From: an uncultured Gemmatimonadota bacterium
GTDB taxonomy: Bacteria; GCA-2686955
Assembly: GCA_964490075.1 (NCBI GenBank)
Contig: CAZBBK010000046.1
Coordinates: forward strand, 1 to 43,856
Length of the DNA: 43,856 bases
Direction: 5' to 3'
The translations under genes and the position numbers were made by a program. This document shows positions 1 to 11,378 of the stretch, one piece after another (the first letter of the stretch is position 1; every line of letters starts with the position of its first letter). The notes under the pieces are model-generated. The model ran no database searches. It was given only the letters and a program-made list of their open reading frames with translations, and was not told where the DNA came from.

Positions 1-145
1 TGCCCGCTGCCGATGGGGGCTCTGGCCGTCCCATCCGGCGGGAGGTCCGCGGCGCGGCGCCGGGTGGGTCGTGGAAGCGGAGGCCCTTTCGGCGAAAGGG
101 ACTACAGGGCTGCAACAGATGCCGCGGTTGCCCGAGTAGGTAGGC

Positions 146-1693
146 ATGCTCTCGAGCATCACATCTGTCCAGCCGCTGGTGCCGTCCCACCGCCCGCGAC
201 CTGCCCCACCGCCCGAAAACCATCCCCCTCTAAACGGCGTCCGGGGTCACAGCCCCGGAGTCTTTCGTTGCCTGATGGTGAGGAGTCCCTGCCCGACCGG
301 CGCTGGTTGTTGGGAACAATGCTACGGATGAGAGCGACTACGGCACGGGCAAAGGCGGCGGCATCTACTGCTCCGTGGTGTCGACCATCCGTGCCTGTGA
401 GATCGTGGACAATTACGCGGGGCGATTGGGTGGCGGTGTGGCGATCATCGATGGAGCGCGTGCGATCATCGAAAACACCCGCATCGAGGGGAGCTCGGCG
501 TGGCTTTCGGGCGGCGGTATCGCGACCGAAGGGGAGGACGCCTCGGTCGAGATCTATCGTTGTGAGATCGTGGAGAATGAGGCGTTCGAGGGCGGCGGAA
601 TCAATGGAATCGTGACCCGGGCCGATTCGTGTGAGATCCTGAGGAACACCGCGTACGGTTACGAGGGCGGGGGTTTCTACGGCGGAGAGATTTGGGCGAC
701 GGACTGCCGTTTCGAAGGCAACTACAGCAATTACTGGGTGGGGCGATCAGCGTCTACGATCGCTACGCTCCCACCATCTTCGAGGACTGTTTGATCGTAG
801 GGAACGGCGCGGAAGAGCGCGCTGGGGGGATCTTCGGCTTCTGGTCGTGCCCGATCCCGGCACGTTGCGAGGTGCGCGCGAATACCGCCGCGTACGGCGC
901 GGTGATCGCCTGCAACGCGGCATCTCCTACGGTCGACGACAGCACGCTTGCGGACAACCAGGCCGACTGGAACGGGGGCGCGCTGTGGCTCAGCAGCTAC
1001 TACAACTACGGTGTAGACGCCACCATCTCCCGAACCACCATATCGTCCAACCAGAGCGGAGGTTCAGGCGGCGCCATCTACGCCGATTAACACCGAACAC
1101 GCGTGCACCTCGTTGCCGTCGACCTGCGCGACAACAGCGCCGCTGCCGACGGCGGCGCGCTCTTCTGCGAGAACGCGTCGGTAGACCTGGTCGGCTGCCT
1201 GCTCGCCGGCAACAGCTCGGGGGGATTGGGGGGCGCGATTTATGTCGCGACGGCGGATACTTCGGCGCTGCAGCTCGCAAGCTGCACTTTTGCGGAGAAC
1301 GAGTCGGCGCTTGCGGGTGGGGCGGTGGCGATCGGCGCCGGTGGGTGGCGAAGCGCGAGCGACTCCGCACCGGTGGCGGCGCTCGGCTCGATCTTCTGGG
1401 ACAATCGGCCCGATGAGCTCGCGGGCGAGGGAATCGTGGCTCTCTACTCCGATGTGGGCGGCGGCTGGCCGGGGCGGGGCAATCTGGATGTCGATCCGCG
1501 ATTCGTGTCGTTTCGGGGAGTGGACTTCTTGCTGGGCCGGCTTCGGAGTGCATCGACGCGGGGCCCCCTTGTGGGCGGATGACGTGCCCTGGCCACCCTG
1601 GTATGGCAACGATCCGGGGCGGGCCGACATGGGGGCCTACGGGGGCCGGGCGCGGCGCTGCGGTGGGGGGGAGCCTCCGGCGCGACCAATTGA
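146..1693 (+). pseudogene. Disrupted right-handed beta-helix (Pmp/POMP-like GG[A/G]I repeat) protein gene
   Basis: Repeated N-x-A..GG(G/A)(I/V/L) units (GKGGGIYC, GGGVAI, SGGGIA, GGAIS, NGGALW, SGGAIY, DGGALF, GGAIYV) run across ORFs 375-794, 692-1090 and 1103-1582. The C-terminal DPRFV...CIDAG...DMGAYGG motif is split over several frames. There are frameshifts near 737 and at 1535-1650, and an in-frame TAA at 1088-1090. The 5' boundary is uncertain. Confidence 0.75.
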
Positions 1694-1695
1694 CA

Positions 1696-1725
1696 TTGAC
1701 GAGCCGGCGCGCCATTGGCTAGCTT
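1696..1725 (+). promoter_or_regulatory. Candidate sigma70 promoter for tRNA-Met
   Basis: TTGACG (1696-1701), 18-nt spacer, TAGCTT (1720-1725), ending 12 nt upstream of the tRNA 5' end. Confidence 0.45.
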
Positions 1726-1737
1726 TTGCGTTTCCCT

Positions 1738-1814
1738 GGCGGCGTAGCTCAGTTGGTTAGAGCAGCGGAATCATAATCCGCGTGTCCGGGGTTCGAGTCC
1801 CTGCGCCGCTACCA
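1738..1814 (+). tRNA. tRNA-Met (CAT), probably elongator
   Basis: 77-nt cloverleaf: acceptor stem GGCGGCG/CGCCGCT, D arm TAGCTCAGTTGGTTAGAGC, anticodon stem GCGGA/TCCGC with loop ATCATAA, T loop TTCGAGT, encoded CCA. It lacks the C1:A72 mismatch and the three consecutive G-C anticodon pairs of initiator tRNA. Confidence 0.95.
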
Positions 1815-1835
1815 GAATTCACCCGCCAACGGGTC

Positions 1836-1864
1836 GGGGCTCCTTGGGTCGACCAGGGGGCCCC
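1836..1864 (+). terminator. GC-rich hairpin after the tRNA (possible terminator or processing stem)
   Basis: GGGGCTCCTTGG-gtcga-CCAGGGGGCCCC forms a 12-bp stem with two G-U pairs. The following U-tract is weak. Confidence 0.4.
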
Positions 1865-1881
1865 TTGCTGATTTGCCGCTG

Positions 1882-3282
1882 ATGCGTGATCGAACGGAGC
1901 CCGACCTGGTCGAGGAGTTGCGCGCGGTGATCGCGCGCGAGGGGCTCTTCGCGAGCGGGGGACCGGTGCTGCTGGCGTGCTCGGGGGGCGGGGATTCGGT
2001 GGCGCTGGTGGCGCTCGTGGCGCGATTGGCTGGGGAGCTGGGGGTGGAGCCGGTGGTGGGGCATGTGCACCATGGGCTGCGTGGGGAGGAGGCGGACCAG
2101 GACGAGTCGGCGGTGCGGCGGCTGGCCGGGGAGCTGGGGTTCGGGTTCGCGGCGCGAAGGGTCGACGTGGAGGGGGCGCGGGGAGCGCGTGGGGGAGGCG
2201 TGCAGGCGGCCGGACGGCGGCTGCGCTACGCGGCGCTTCGGGAGATGGCGGACGAGGTCGGGGCGGCGTGGGTGGCCACGGGGCACAGCGCCGACGACCG
2301 GGCTGAGACCCTGCTGCTGAACCTGGTGCGGGGGACGGGGCCGCGCGGCCTGGCAGGGCTGCGGCCAAAGCGCGCGGACGGAGTGGCGCGGCCCCTGATC
2401 GAGATGCGGCGCGAGGCGCTGCGGGACTGGCTGCGGGGACAGGGCATCGGTTGGCGCGAGGATTCGAGCAACGAGGACCAGGGGTTCCGGCGGGTGCGGG
2501 TGCGGCGCGAGCTGATTCCCTGGTTGGAGGATGAGCTGAATCCGCGGGTGGTGGAAGGGCTGGCGGCGTGCGCGCGGACTTTGGACGGGGCGGCGCAGGT
2601 GATGGAGGAGGCGGCGCGGGCGGGGCTCGAGCGGGCCCGGCTGCCGGCACCCTCCGGGACTGCTCGGCTTGATCGGCGTCGGCTCGAAACCTATCATCCC
2701 GCCTTGAGATGCATGATCGTGGCCGGCGCTGCTCGAGAGCTGATCGGGGATGCGTCGCCGGTGGCAGTGGGCCGAATCGATGCAGCGCTGCGGCGCGACC
2801 GAGGCGGCGAGCTGGCTCCGGGAGTTCGGCTGCGACTGCTCGACGACTGGATCGTGGTCACCGATTCGCGGCGTCGTGCCGAGCCTTTGCCGGAGACGAC
2901 GCTGGCCATCGGGAGCACGATCGAGATCGGCGGCTGGTCGTTTCGCGCCGAGCGCGCACGTCCGGATCCCGCGCGTCGCGGGCGCTGGGTGGCGGAGCTC
3001 GCCGCGCCGCGGGAGCCCTTGGTGATCCGCTCGCGCCGGCCGGGCGATCGCTTTCGACCGGCCGGCGGACCCGGTGGGCGTAAGCTCTCCGACTACATGA
3101 TCGACCGCGGGATTCCGGAGCCCGAGAGATGCGGCGTGCCGCTGCTGGCGGATCGCAGCGGTATCCTCTGGGTGATCGGGCATCGGCTCGACGAGCGTGC
3201 CGTGCCGGGGCCGGGAGCACGCGAAATACTGCGAGTCGTCGCCACCCCGCCGCGCATGGACCCGCAAACCGATGAGGAGTGA
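1882..3282 (+). CDS. tilS: tRNA(Ile)-lysidine synthetase
   Basis: PP-loop SGGGDS, GHSADDRAETLLLNLVRGTG, RPL, EDSSN, and a C-terminal RSRRPGDRF...RKLSDYMID..IP domain. It sits in the usual position upstream of hpt-ftsH. Start is ATG 1882 (alternative TTG 1873). Confidence 0.95.
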   Translation: MRDRTEPDLVEELRAVIAREGLFASGGPVLLACSGGGDSVALVALVARLAGELGVEPVVGHVHHGLRGEEADQDESAVRRLAGELGFGFAARRVDVEGARGARGGGVQAAGRRLRYAALREMADEVGAAWVATGHSADDRAETLLLNLVRGTGPRGLAGLRPKRADGVARPLIEMRREALRDWLRGQGIGWREDSSNEDQGFRRVRVRRELIPWLEDELNPRVVEGLAACARTLDGAAQVMEEAARAGLERARLPAPSGTARLDRRRLETYHPALRCMIVAGAARELIGDASPVAVGRIDAALRRDRGGELAPGVRLRLLDDWIVVTDSRRRAEPLPETTLAIGSTIEIGGWSFRAERARPDPARRGRWVAELAAPREPLVIRSRRPGDRFRPAGGPGGRKLSDYMIDRGIPEPERCGVPLLADRSGILWVIGHRLDERAVPGPGAREILRVVATPPRMDPQTDEE

Positions 3283-3288
3283 CCGCGC

Positions 3289-3834
3289 TTGAGCCCGTCC
3301 CATAGCTTTCGAACCCTGATCCCCGAAGAGCAGCTGCGCCGGCGCGTCGCCGAGCTGGGCGCACAGATCGCCGGGGATTTCAGTGGCAAACGTCCGCTCC
3401 TGATCAGCATTCTGAAAGGGGGCTTCATGTTCCTGGCCGACCTGAGCCGTGCCGTGCGAGAGGACCACGAAGTCGACTTCATGGCGGTGTCGAGCTACGC
3501 CGGGGGCAAGATCTCGACCGGGTCGGTGCGCATCCTGAGCGACCTCTCGCAGAGCATCAAGGGGCGCCACGTGATCCTGATCGAGGATATTTACGACACC
3601 GGGCTGACACTGCGCTACCTCAAGAACCACTTGCAGTTGCGCGAGCCGGCGAGCCTCTCGATCTGCACCTTGCTGCGCAAGGAGCGACCCGAGCACGCCG
3701 GGGTCGAGCTGGACTACGTCGGCTTCGAGATCCCGGACGAGTTCGTGGTGGGGTATGGGCTCGACTTCGAAGAGATCTACCGGAATCTGCCGGAAATCGC
3801 GATCCTTGAAATGGCGCCGACTACCGAGGAGTAG
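3289..3834 (+). CDS. hpt: Hypoxanthine phosphoribosyltransferase
   Basis: ILKGG, PRPP motif VILIEDIYDTGLTL, FVVGYGLD...YRNLP. Confidence 0.96.
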   Translation: MSPSHSFRTLIPEEQLRRRVAELGAQIAGDFSGKRPLLISILKGGFMFLADLSRAVREDHEVDFMAVSSYAGGKISTGSVRILSDLSQSIKGRHVILIEDIYDTGLTLRYLKNHLQLREPASLSICTLLRKERPEHAGVELDYVGFEIPDEFVVGYGLDFEEIYRNLPEIAILEMAPTTEE

Positions 3835-3927
3835 GCTGAGCGGATCTCCGGCGCGGCATCCGGGGAACCGCGTTTCCATTGCCGCGTATCGCGTATCGCA
3901 GGGTTGCTGATACACGAGAGGAAGCTC

Positions 3928-6050
<2,123 letters not shown>

Positions 6051-6054
<4 letters not shown>

Positions 6055-6950
6055 GCTCGACGCAGGCGCGGGGGGAAGTGCGCTGGGAGTGGCGGTCTCG
6101 CGCGCTGCCCTGGCCCGACCGGCCCGCCGTGGTCGGGATTCTCAACTTGACGCCGGACTCGTTCTCGGACGGCGGGTGTTTCGTGGAGCCGGAGCGGGCG
6201 CTTGCGCACGCGGCGGCGATGGTGGCGGCGGGGGCCGACGCGGTCGACGTGGGGGCGGAATCGACGCGGCCCGGCGCGCGGGCGGTGACGACCGCCGAAG
6301 AGCTGGAGCGCCTGCTGCCGGTGTGCGAGCGCCTGGTCGCCGAGCTGCCGGTGCCGATCTCGGTCGACACCAGCAAGGCGGGGGTGGCGCGGGTGGTGCT
6401 GGAGCTCGGCTGCCACGCGATCAACGACGTCTGCGCGTTGCGTGATCCGGAGATGGCGGAGGTGATCGCGGCGTCGGGAGCGGGAGCGGTGTTGATGCAC
6501 ATGCAGGGCGAGCCGCGCACCATGCAGCGCGCGCCGCGCTACCACGACGTAGTCGGCGAGGTGCGGACCTTTCTGGGTGAGGCGAGCAAGCGGGCGCTGG
6601 CGGCGGGAATCAAGCGCACGGCGATCGCGGTCGATCCCGGGATCGGCTTCGGCAAGACGGTGGAGCACAACCTGGTGCTGCTCGACCGGCTGGGGGAGCT
6701 GGCCGAACTGGGCTTCCCGGTGCTGGTCGGCCCCTCGCGCAAGTCGTTCATCGGTGCGATCACGGGGCGTGGTGTGGAGGAGCGCGAGGCAGGAACCACC
6801 GCCAGCGTGGGCGCGGCGGTGCTGCGCGGGGCGGCGGCGGTGAGGGTGCACGAGGTGGCGGCGGCGGTCGATGCGGTGCGGATCGCGGCTTCGATTCGGG
6901 CGCGGCGGATGTTGAAGGGGGCGAGGACGGAAGAGAAGGTGACGCCATGA
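6051..6950 (+). CDS. folP: Dihydropteroate synthase
   Basis: GILNLTPDSFSDGG, GAESTRPGA, SVDT, VDPGIGFGKT, SRKSF, VRVHEV. ATGA overlap with ftsH. Confidence 0.97.
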
Positions 6951-7726
6951 TCCGACTCGACGAGGGGGCGTTGTGGATCGGTTTCTTGTCGATCCGACCC
7001 ACCGACGTGGTCGACGTGGTGGTGGTGAGCTTTCTCACCTACAAGCTCTTCAGCCTGATTCGCGGCACGCGCGCGGTGCCGATGTTCATCGGCCTGTTCT
7101 TGATCGTCATCGTGTCGGTGCTGGCCGACGCGTTGCGGCTCGACGGTCTGAACTACCTGGTCTCGCATGTGCGAACGGTTTTTCTGGTGGCCTTCGTAAT
7201 CGTGTTTCAGCCGGAGCTGCGCCGAGTGCTGACGCGGCTCGGGGAGAGCCGGCTGTTGGCGCGCTACTTCGCGATCGAACGCCACGATGCGGTGGACGAG
7301 GTGGTGCTGGGGGCACAACGGCTGTCGGAATTGTCGCTCGGTGCGCTGATCGTGATCGAGCAGGAGGTCGGTTTTCGCAGCATCGTGGAGACCGGGGCGC
7401 CGATTCGCGCCGACGTTTCCGCCGACCTGCTGACGACGATTTTTACGCCCAATACGCCCTTGCACGACGGGGCGGTGGTGGTGCGCGGCGACCAGATCGT
7501 GGCGGCGGCCTGCATCTTGCCGTTGACTCAGAACCCGGTGGTGGAGAAGTCGCTCGGCACCCGCCACCGGGCTGCGCTCGGGATCTCGGAAGAGACCGAC
7601 GCATTGGTGGTGGTGGTGTCGGAGGAGACACGGCGGATTGCGCTGGCGCATCGCGGGGCGGCCGAGATGGCGCTGAGCCCCGACGAGCTGCGGACGCGGA
7701 TCCGCGAGCTGGTTACTGCTGGTTAG
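6947..7726 (+). CDS. cdaA: Membrane-bound diadenylate cyclase CdaA/DacA
   Basis: N-terminal TM helices, FQPELRR, catalytic LHDGA and GTRHRAA motifs, VVVSEE. Follows folP with an ATGA overlap. Confidence 0.94.
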   Translation: MIRLDEGALWIGFLSIRPTDVVDVVVVSFLTYKLFSLIRGTRAVPMFIGLFLIVIVSVLADALRLDGLNYLVSHVRTVFLVAFVIVFQPELRRVLTRLGESRLLARYFAIERHDAVDEVVLGAQRLSELSLGALIVIEQEVGFRSIVETGAPIRADVSADLLTTIFTPNTPLHDGAVVVRGDQIVAAACILPLTQNPVVEKSLGTRHRAALGISEETDALVVVVSEETRRIALAHRGAAEMALSPDELRTRIRELVTAG

Positions 7727-7763
7727 TTCTACTGATGTCGGCTTCGTCGGCCAGCTGGAGAGG

Positions 7764-7803
7764 AAGCGCAGAGGCCTCAGAGGCCTCCGCGGTCTCTGCG
7801 TTT
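7764..7803. terminator. Hairpin between convergent cdaA and rlmN (possible bidirectional terminator)
   Basis: AAGCGCAGAGGCC...GGTCTCTGCGTTT forms a 13-bp stem with G-U pairs. An alternative GAGGCCT-cag-AGGCCTC palindrome overlaps it. Confidence 0.45.
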
Positions 7804-8896
7804 AGATCTCTTCGGACCTCGGCAGTGGCACAGCGGATTCACTGCCGGCGCAGCGAGCCCCCAATTGACCGCAGGCTGCGGCGATGTCGGCGCCGCGGTT
7901 CCAGCGTAGGGTGACGTTCGGCACCCAGCGGCGCACGCGCTCTTGAAAGCGCAGCACCTGGTCGTCCGCGGGCGGCCGGTAGGGGATGTCCGGGATGGGG
8001 TTGTGGGGGATGAGGTTGATCTTGCAACCGAGCGGCGCCAGCAGCCGGCCCAGTGCGGCGGCCTGATCCAGGTTGTCGTTGACTTTCTCTAGCAACACAT
8101 ATTCGAATGTGACGGCTCTGCGGCCCGCGGCGCGACGGCGGTAGTCGCGCACGGCATCGAGCAGTGGGGCGATCGGGTAGCGACGGTTGATCGGCATGAG
8201 CATCTCGCGCAATTCGTCGCTAGCGGCGTTGAGCGAGATCGCCAGGCCGATGTTGGGGGCGGCGTCCGCCAGGCGGCGAATGCCGGGGATCACGCCGGCC
8301 GTGGAAAGAGTGATGCGCGGGGCGCCGAGTCCGAGTCCCAGCTCCGAAGTGATGACTTCGATCGCCGGCAGCACCTGGTCGAGGTTCAACAGCGGCTCGC
8401 CCATCCCCATGAAGACCAGGTTGGAGATGCGCCGCGGCGCGGCGCGGGCGCGGGCGCAGAGCACCTGGCCGAGGATTTCGGCCGAGCTAAGGTCGCGGCC
8501 GGCGCCGAATGCGCCGGTCTGGCAGAAGGTGCAGGCCAGGGCGCAGCCGGCCTGGGAGGAGATGCAGAGCGTGGTGCGTTCGTCGTCCGGGATCAGCACC
8601 GCTTCGGCGCTCGCGGTGCTGGCGAAGCGAAAGAGCAGCTTGGATGTGTCGTCGGCGGAGCGCTGGACCGCGACCGGGTCGGGGATGTCGATGCGGGCGC
8701 GCTGCTGGAGGAGACGGCGTAAATCGAGCGACAGATCGGTCATGCCGTCGAAGCCGCGGACATCGCGCTGGTAGATCCAGCGCATGATCTGTCGCGCCCG
8801 GTACGGCTTCTCGCCGAGCTCGGCGAGCCATGCCTCGAGCGCGGCCTGGGGCTGGCCGACCAGGTTGGGGCGCTGGGCGTCGATCGGGGAGCTCAT
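7802..8896 (-). CDS. rlmN: Dual-specificity 23S rRNA/tRNA methyltransferase RlmN (radical SAM)
   Basis: TLCISSQAGCALACTFC (CxxxCxxC), FMGMGEPL, TFEYVLL..VND, NLIP, DIAAACGQL. Start taken at ATG 8896 (MSSPIDA), which overlaps the upstream stop. Confidence 0.95.
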   Translation of the reverse strand: MSSPIDAQRPNLVGQPQAALEAWLAELGEKPYRARQIMRWIYQRDVRGFDGMTDLSLDLRRLLQQRARIDIPDPVAVQRSADDTSKLLFRFASTASAEAVLIPDDERTTLCISSQAGCALACTFCQTGAFGAGRDLSSAEILGQVLCARARAAPRRISNLVFMGMGEPLLNLDQVLPAIEVITSELGLGLGAPRITLSTAGVIPGIRRLADAAPNIGLAISLNAASDELREMLMPINRRYPIAPLLDAVRDYRRRAAGRRAVTFEYVLLEKVNDNLDQAAALGRLLAPLGCKINLIPHNPIPDIPYRPPADDQVLRFQERVRRWVPNVTLRWNRGADIAAACGQLGARCAGSESAVPLPRSEEI

Positions 8897-10026
8897 CGCG
8901 GCGCCGCCACCGCCGTCTCGGCGATCGAGGGGCCCCAGAAGGGCAGCAGCGGGAGATCGAAACCGAAGGCCCGCACGGCGAACCACCAGAGGCCGATTGC
9001 CGTGATGGTAAGCCAGAGCTTGCGGCCGGGCGCCCAGGGGCGGGTGGCGAGCGCGCGCCGGATCAGCAGGGCGACGGCGGCCAAGGCGGCGGCGGCGGCG
9101 GCGCCGTAGGCGAGCAGAGCGGCCGCCGGCAGCAGTCGCGGATCGAGGCGCTGGGAGAGCAGGGCCGCGGCGAGCGCGCCCTGCAGCAGACCGGCCACCG
9201 CCGCGACTGCCGCGCGTCCACGGGCGGCGCCTCCGCCGATCGCGTTGTCGCCCGCCAGGTAAGCGACGGCCAGAGCCAGAGCGGCCGCCAGCGCGACCGG
9301 CTGGACGGCGATGATGCCGGCCGTGGCGAGCAGCACGCCGCCGAGGCTACCGGCGGCGAGCGCGGCGATGGCCGCCATCGAGGCGGAGACGAAGCAGAGC
9401 GCCAGCGCCAGGACGTCGGGGCGCCCCAGAACGCTCCACAGGCCGGCCCGGGCCAGCGAGCCCGGCCCTTGCGCGGGCGTTGCGGCCGTGGCGATCTCGT
9501 CGCCGACCAGGCGTGCGGTCATCTTCGAGCGCTGCGCGGAGAACAGGAAGGTGCGTTCCTGGCTGCCCAGCACCACGGTCGCCACGTTGCGGTGCGGATG
9601 GTAGAAGGCGGGCACGAAAGCGAGCTCGATGGCGACCGCGCCCGGACCCGCGGGGCAGGCGAAGCGGAGCGTGGTCTCGGCGGCGGTGGTCAGCGGCGCA
9701 TAGCGCACCGCTCCGGCCCGCGCCCGGCAGGGACGCTCGTCCTTGGTCAGGATCGTCTGGGCCTCGAAGAAGCGGCGGATGTCGGCGTCATGGGCCAGCA
9801 CCTCGGCCTCGGCGATGAATCCGTCGCCGTTGTCGTCCAGGGCGACCGCGGGGGGGAGCTCGTCGGCGTTGATCGAGATGGCGATCTCGACCGCTTGCGC
9901 CGAGAGCTCGATGCGCGAGTAGGAGACCCCGAAGTCGTGGCCGCGGGCCTGGCCCAGGCAGCTGAGCGCTGCCAGGGCCAGGGCGACCAGACGGGAGCCG
10001 AGGGCGATCGGGCGCGGATCACCCAC
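8893..10026 (-). CDS. Membrane protein with signal peptide, soluble N-terminal domain and degenerate HupE/UreJ-like TM domain
   Basis: Signal peptide ending ARG-HD, EF-hand-like DDNGDGFIAEAE, a Cys pair, then several Ala/Leu-rich TM helices. The HupE/UreJ resemblance is architectural only. Confidence 0.55.
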   Translation of the reverse strand: MGDPRPIALGSRLVALALAALSCLGQARGHDFGVSYSRIELSAQAVEIAISINADELPPAVALDDNGDGFIAEAEVLAHDADIRRFFEAQTILTKDERPCRARAGAVRYAPLTTAAETTLRFACPAGPGAVAIELAFVPAFYHPHRNVATVVLGSQERTFLFSAQRSKMTARLVGDEIATAATPAQGPGSLARAGLWSVLGRPDVLALALCFVSASMAAIAALAAGSLGGVLLATAGIIAVQPVALAAALALAVAYLAGDNAIGGGAARGRAAVAAVAGLLQGALAAALLSQRLDPRLLPAAALLAYGAAAAAALAAVALLIRRALATRPWAPGRKLWLTITAIGLWWFAVRAFGFDLPLLPFWGPSIAETAVAAPR

Positions 10027-11284
10027 GCTGGTAGATCGTCACCACCGCGGTGCGGTCGTCGCCCCCGATGTTGGCCGCCAGCCCAGTGTGCAGCTCGCGG
10101 TCGACCTGGTAGTCGCCGCACTCGCCCTGGAGCTGGCGGGTGATCTCGAGGGCCTGCTTGACACCGGTGGCGCCGACCGGGTGGCCGAATCCGATCAGTC
10201 CCCCGCCGGTGTTGACCGGCAGCGATCCATCGAGATTGGTGACGCCCTCGCGCACCAGCTCGGCCCCCTTGCCCGTAGCCGCGAAACCGCACGCCTCGTA
10301 GAGCAGGATCTCGTTGATGGTGAAGCAGTCGTGGAGCTCGGCCACCTGGATGTCGCCGGCGGCGATGCCGGCGCGCCCGTAGGCGGCCTCCGCCGCCTTG
10401 GCGGTGGTGGTGGCGGCGCTGAGCTCGCGCTCGCCGCGCAGCGGCGCCACCACGTGACCGAAGCCGGAGATGCGCACCAGGTCGGCCGGGTTCTTGCCGA
10501 GCCGGCGGGCGCCCGCCTCGGTGGCCAGCACGATCGCCGACGCGCCGTCGGAGACCTGGGAGCAGTCGGAGACCTTCAGGTAGGGATGGAGCTCCTCGGT
10601 CGACAGGAAGGTGGGGTTCGCCTTGCTCGCCTCGCGGGCTTGCTCGAAGGTCAGGGTGTGGGCCTTCATGTGGGCGTTCGGATTGCGGTTGGCGTTGGCG
10701 TAGGCCTTCGCCGAGATCAAGGCGAGGTCGTCGAAATTGAGGTCGTAGGCCTCCATATAGGCGCGGATGCGGCGCGCGAAGAGCGAGGGGAAGGGGAAAG
10801 AGTCGATTTCGTGCTCGGTGGCGTAGTGGGCGGCGCGAGCCAGGTAGTCGGCGCCGACCATGGCGTTGACCGTGGTCTGCACCTCGCCGCCGGCGACGAT
10901 GGCCACGTCGTAAGCCGAGCGCAGGGCATGAAGCGCCTGGACCACCGCCAGGCCACCCGACGCGCAGGCTCCTTCGACTCGGGTCCAGGGCTTGTCAGCG
11001 AGATCGGCATGGGCGCCGGCGGCGAGGGAGCCGAGGTGGCCCTGGTTGACGAAGCACTCGCCGACGAAGTTGGCGACCAGGCCGGTCTCGATCTCGCGCG
11101 CGGCGACGCCGGCGTGCTCCAGGGCGCCGCCGATCGAGCGCTCCAGGTGCTCGTCGAGGGTCGGGTTCTCGCGTTTGCCGAAGTCGGGGTGGCCTTTCCA
11201 GATGAAGTCGGGGTGGAACTTCCCAAGGTAGGGGGAGTGGGCTCCGCCGAGCACGAAGATCGGGGCGTCGGAATGGGTAGCCAT
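10019..11284 (-). CDS. SCP2-type thiolase (acetyl-CoA C-acyltransferase family)
   Basis: EGACASGG, CSQVSDGASA, HDCF, GHPVGATG, and no C-terminal catalytic Cys (ANIGG). This is the SCP2-thiolase fingerprint. Confidence 0.9.
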   Translation of the reverse strand: MATHSDAPIFVLGGAHSPYLGKFHPDFIWKGHPDFGKRENPTLDEHLERSIGGALEHAGVAAREIETGLVANFVGECFVNQGHLGSLAAGAHADLADKPWTRVEGACASGGLAVVQALHALRSAYDVAIVAGGEVQTTVNAMVGADYLARAAHYATEHEIDSFPFPSLFARRIRAYMEAYDLNFDDLALISAKAYANANRNPNAHMKAHTLTFEQAREASKANPTFLSTEELHPYLKVSDCSQVSDGASAIVLATEAGARRLGKNPADLVRISGFGHVVAPLRGERELSAATTTAKAAEAAYGRAGIAAGDIQVAELHDCFTINEILLYEACGFAATGKGAELVREGVTNLDGSLPVNTGGGLIGFGHPVGATGVKQALEITRQLQGECGDYQVDRELHTGLAANIGGDDRTAVVTIYQRG

Positions 11285-11378
11285 GGGGTTCTCCTGGTTT
11301 TGCTTGAGCCGATTCGGAAACTCCCATGGTAGCGCCTGAGGGGTCCGGCGTGGTCAGCGCAGCACTTATGATGACGGG

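Noticed and set aside
1088-1090. Stop-codon recoding in the beta-helix gene
   Set aside because: The codon is TAA, not TGA or TAG, and the gene also has frameshifts, so decay is the simpler explanation.
1738-1814. tRNA as an integration site for an island
   Set aside because: No duplicated tRNA 3' end or site-specific integrase was seen in the window, and core genes follow directly.
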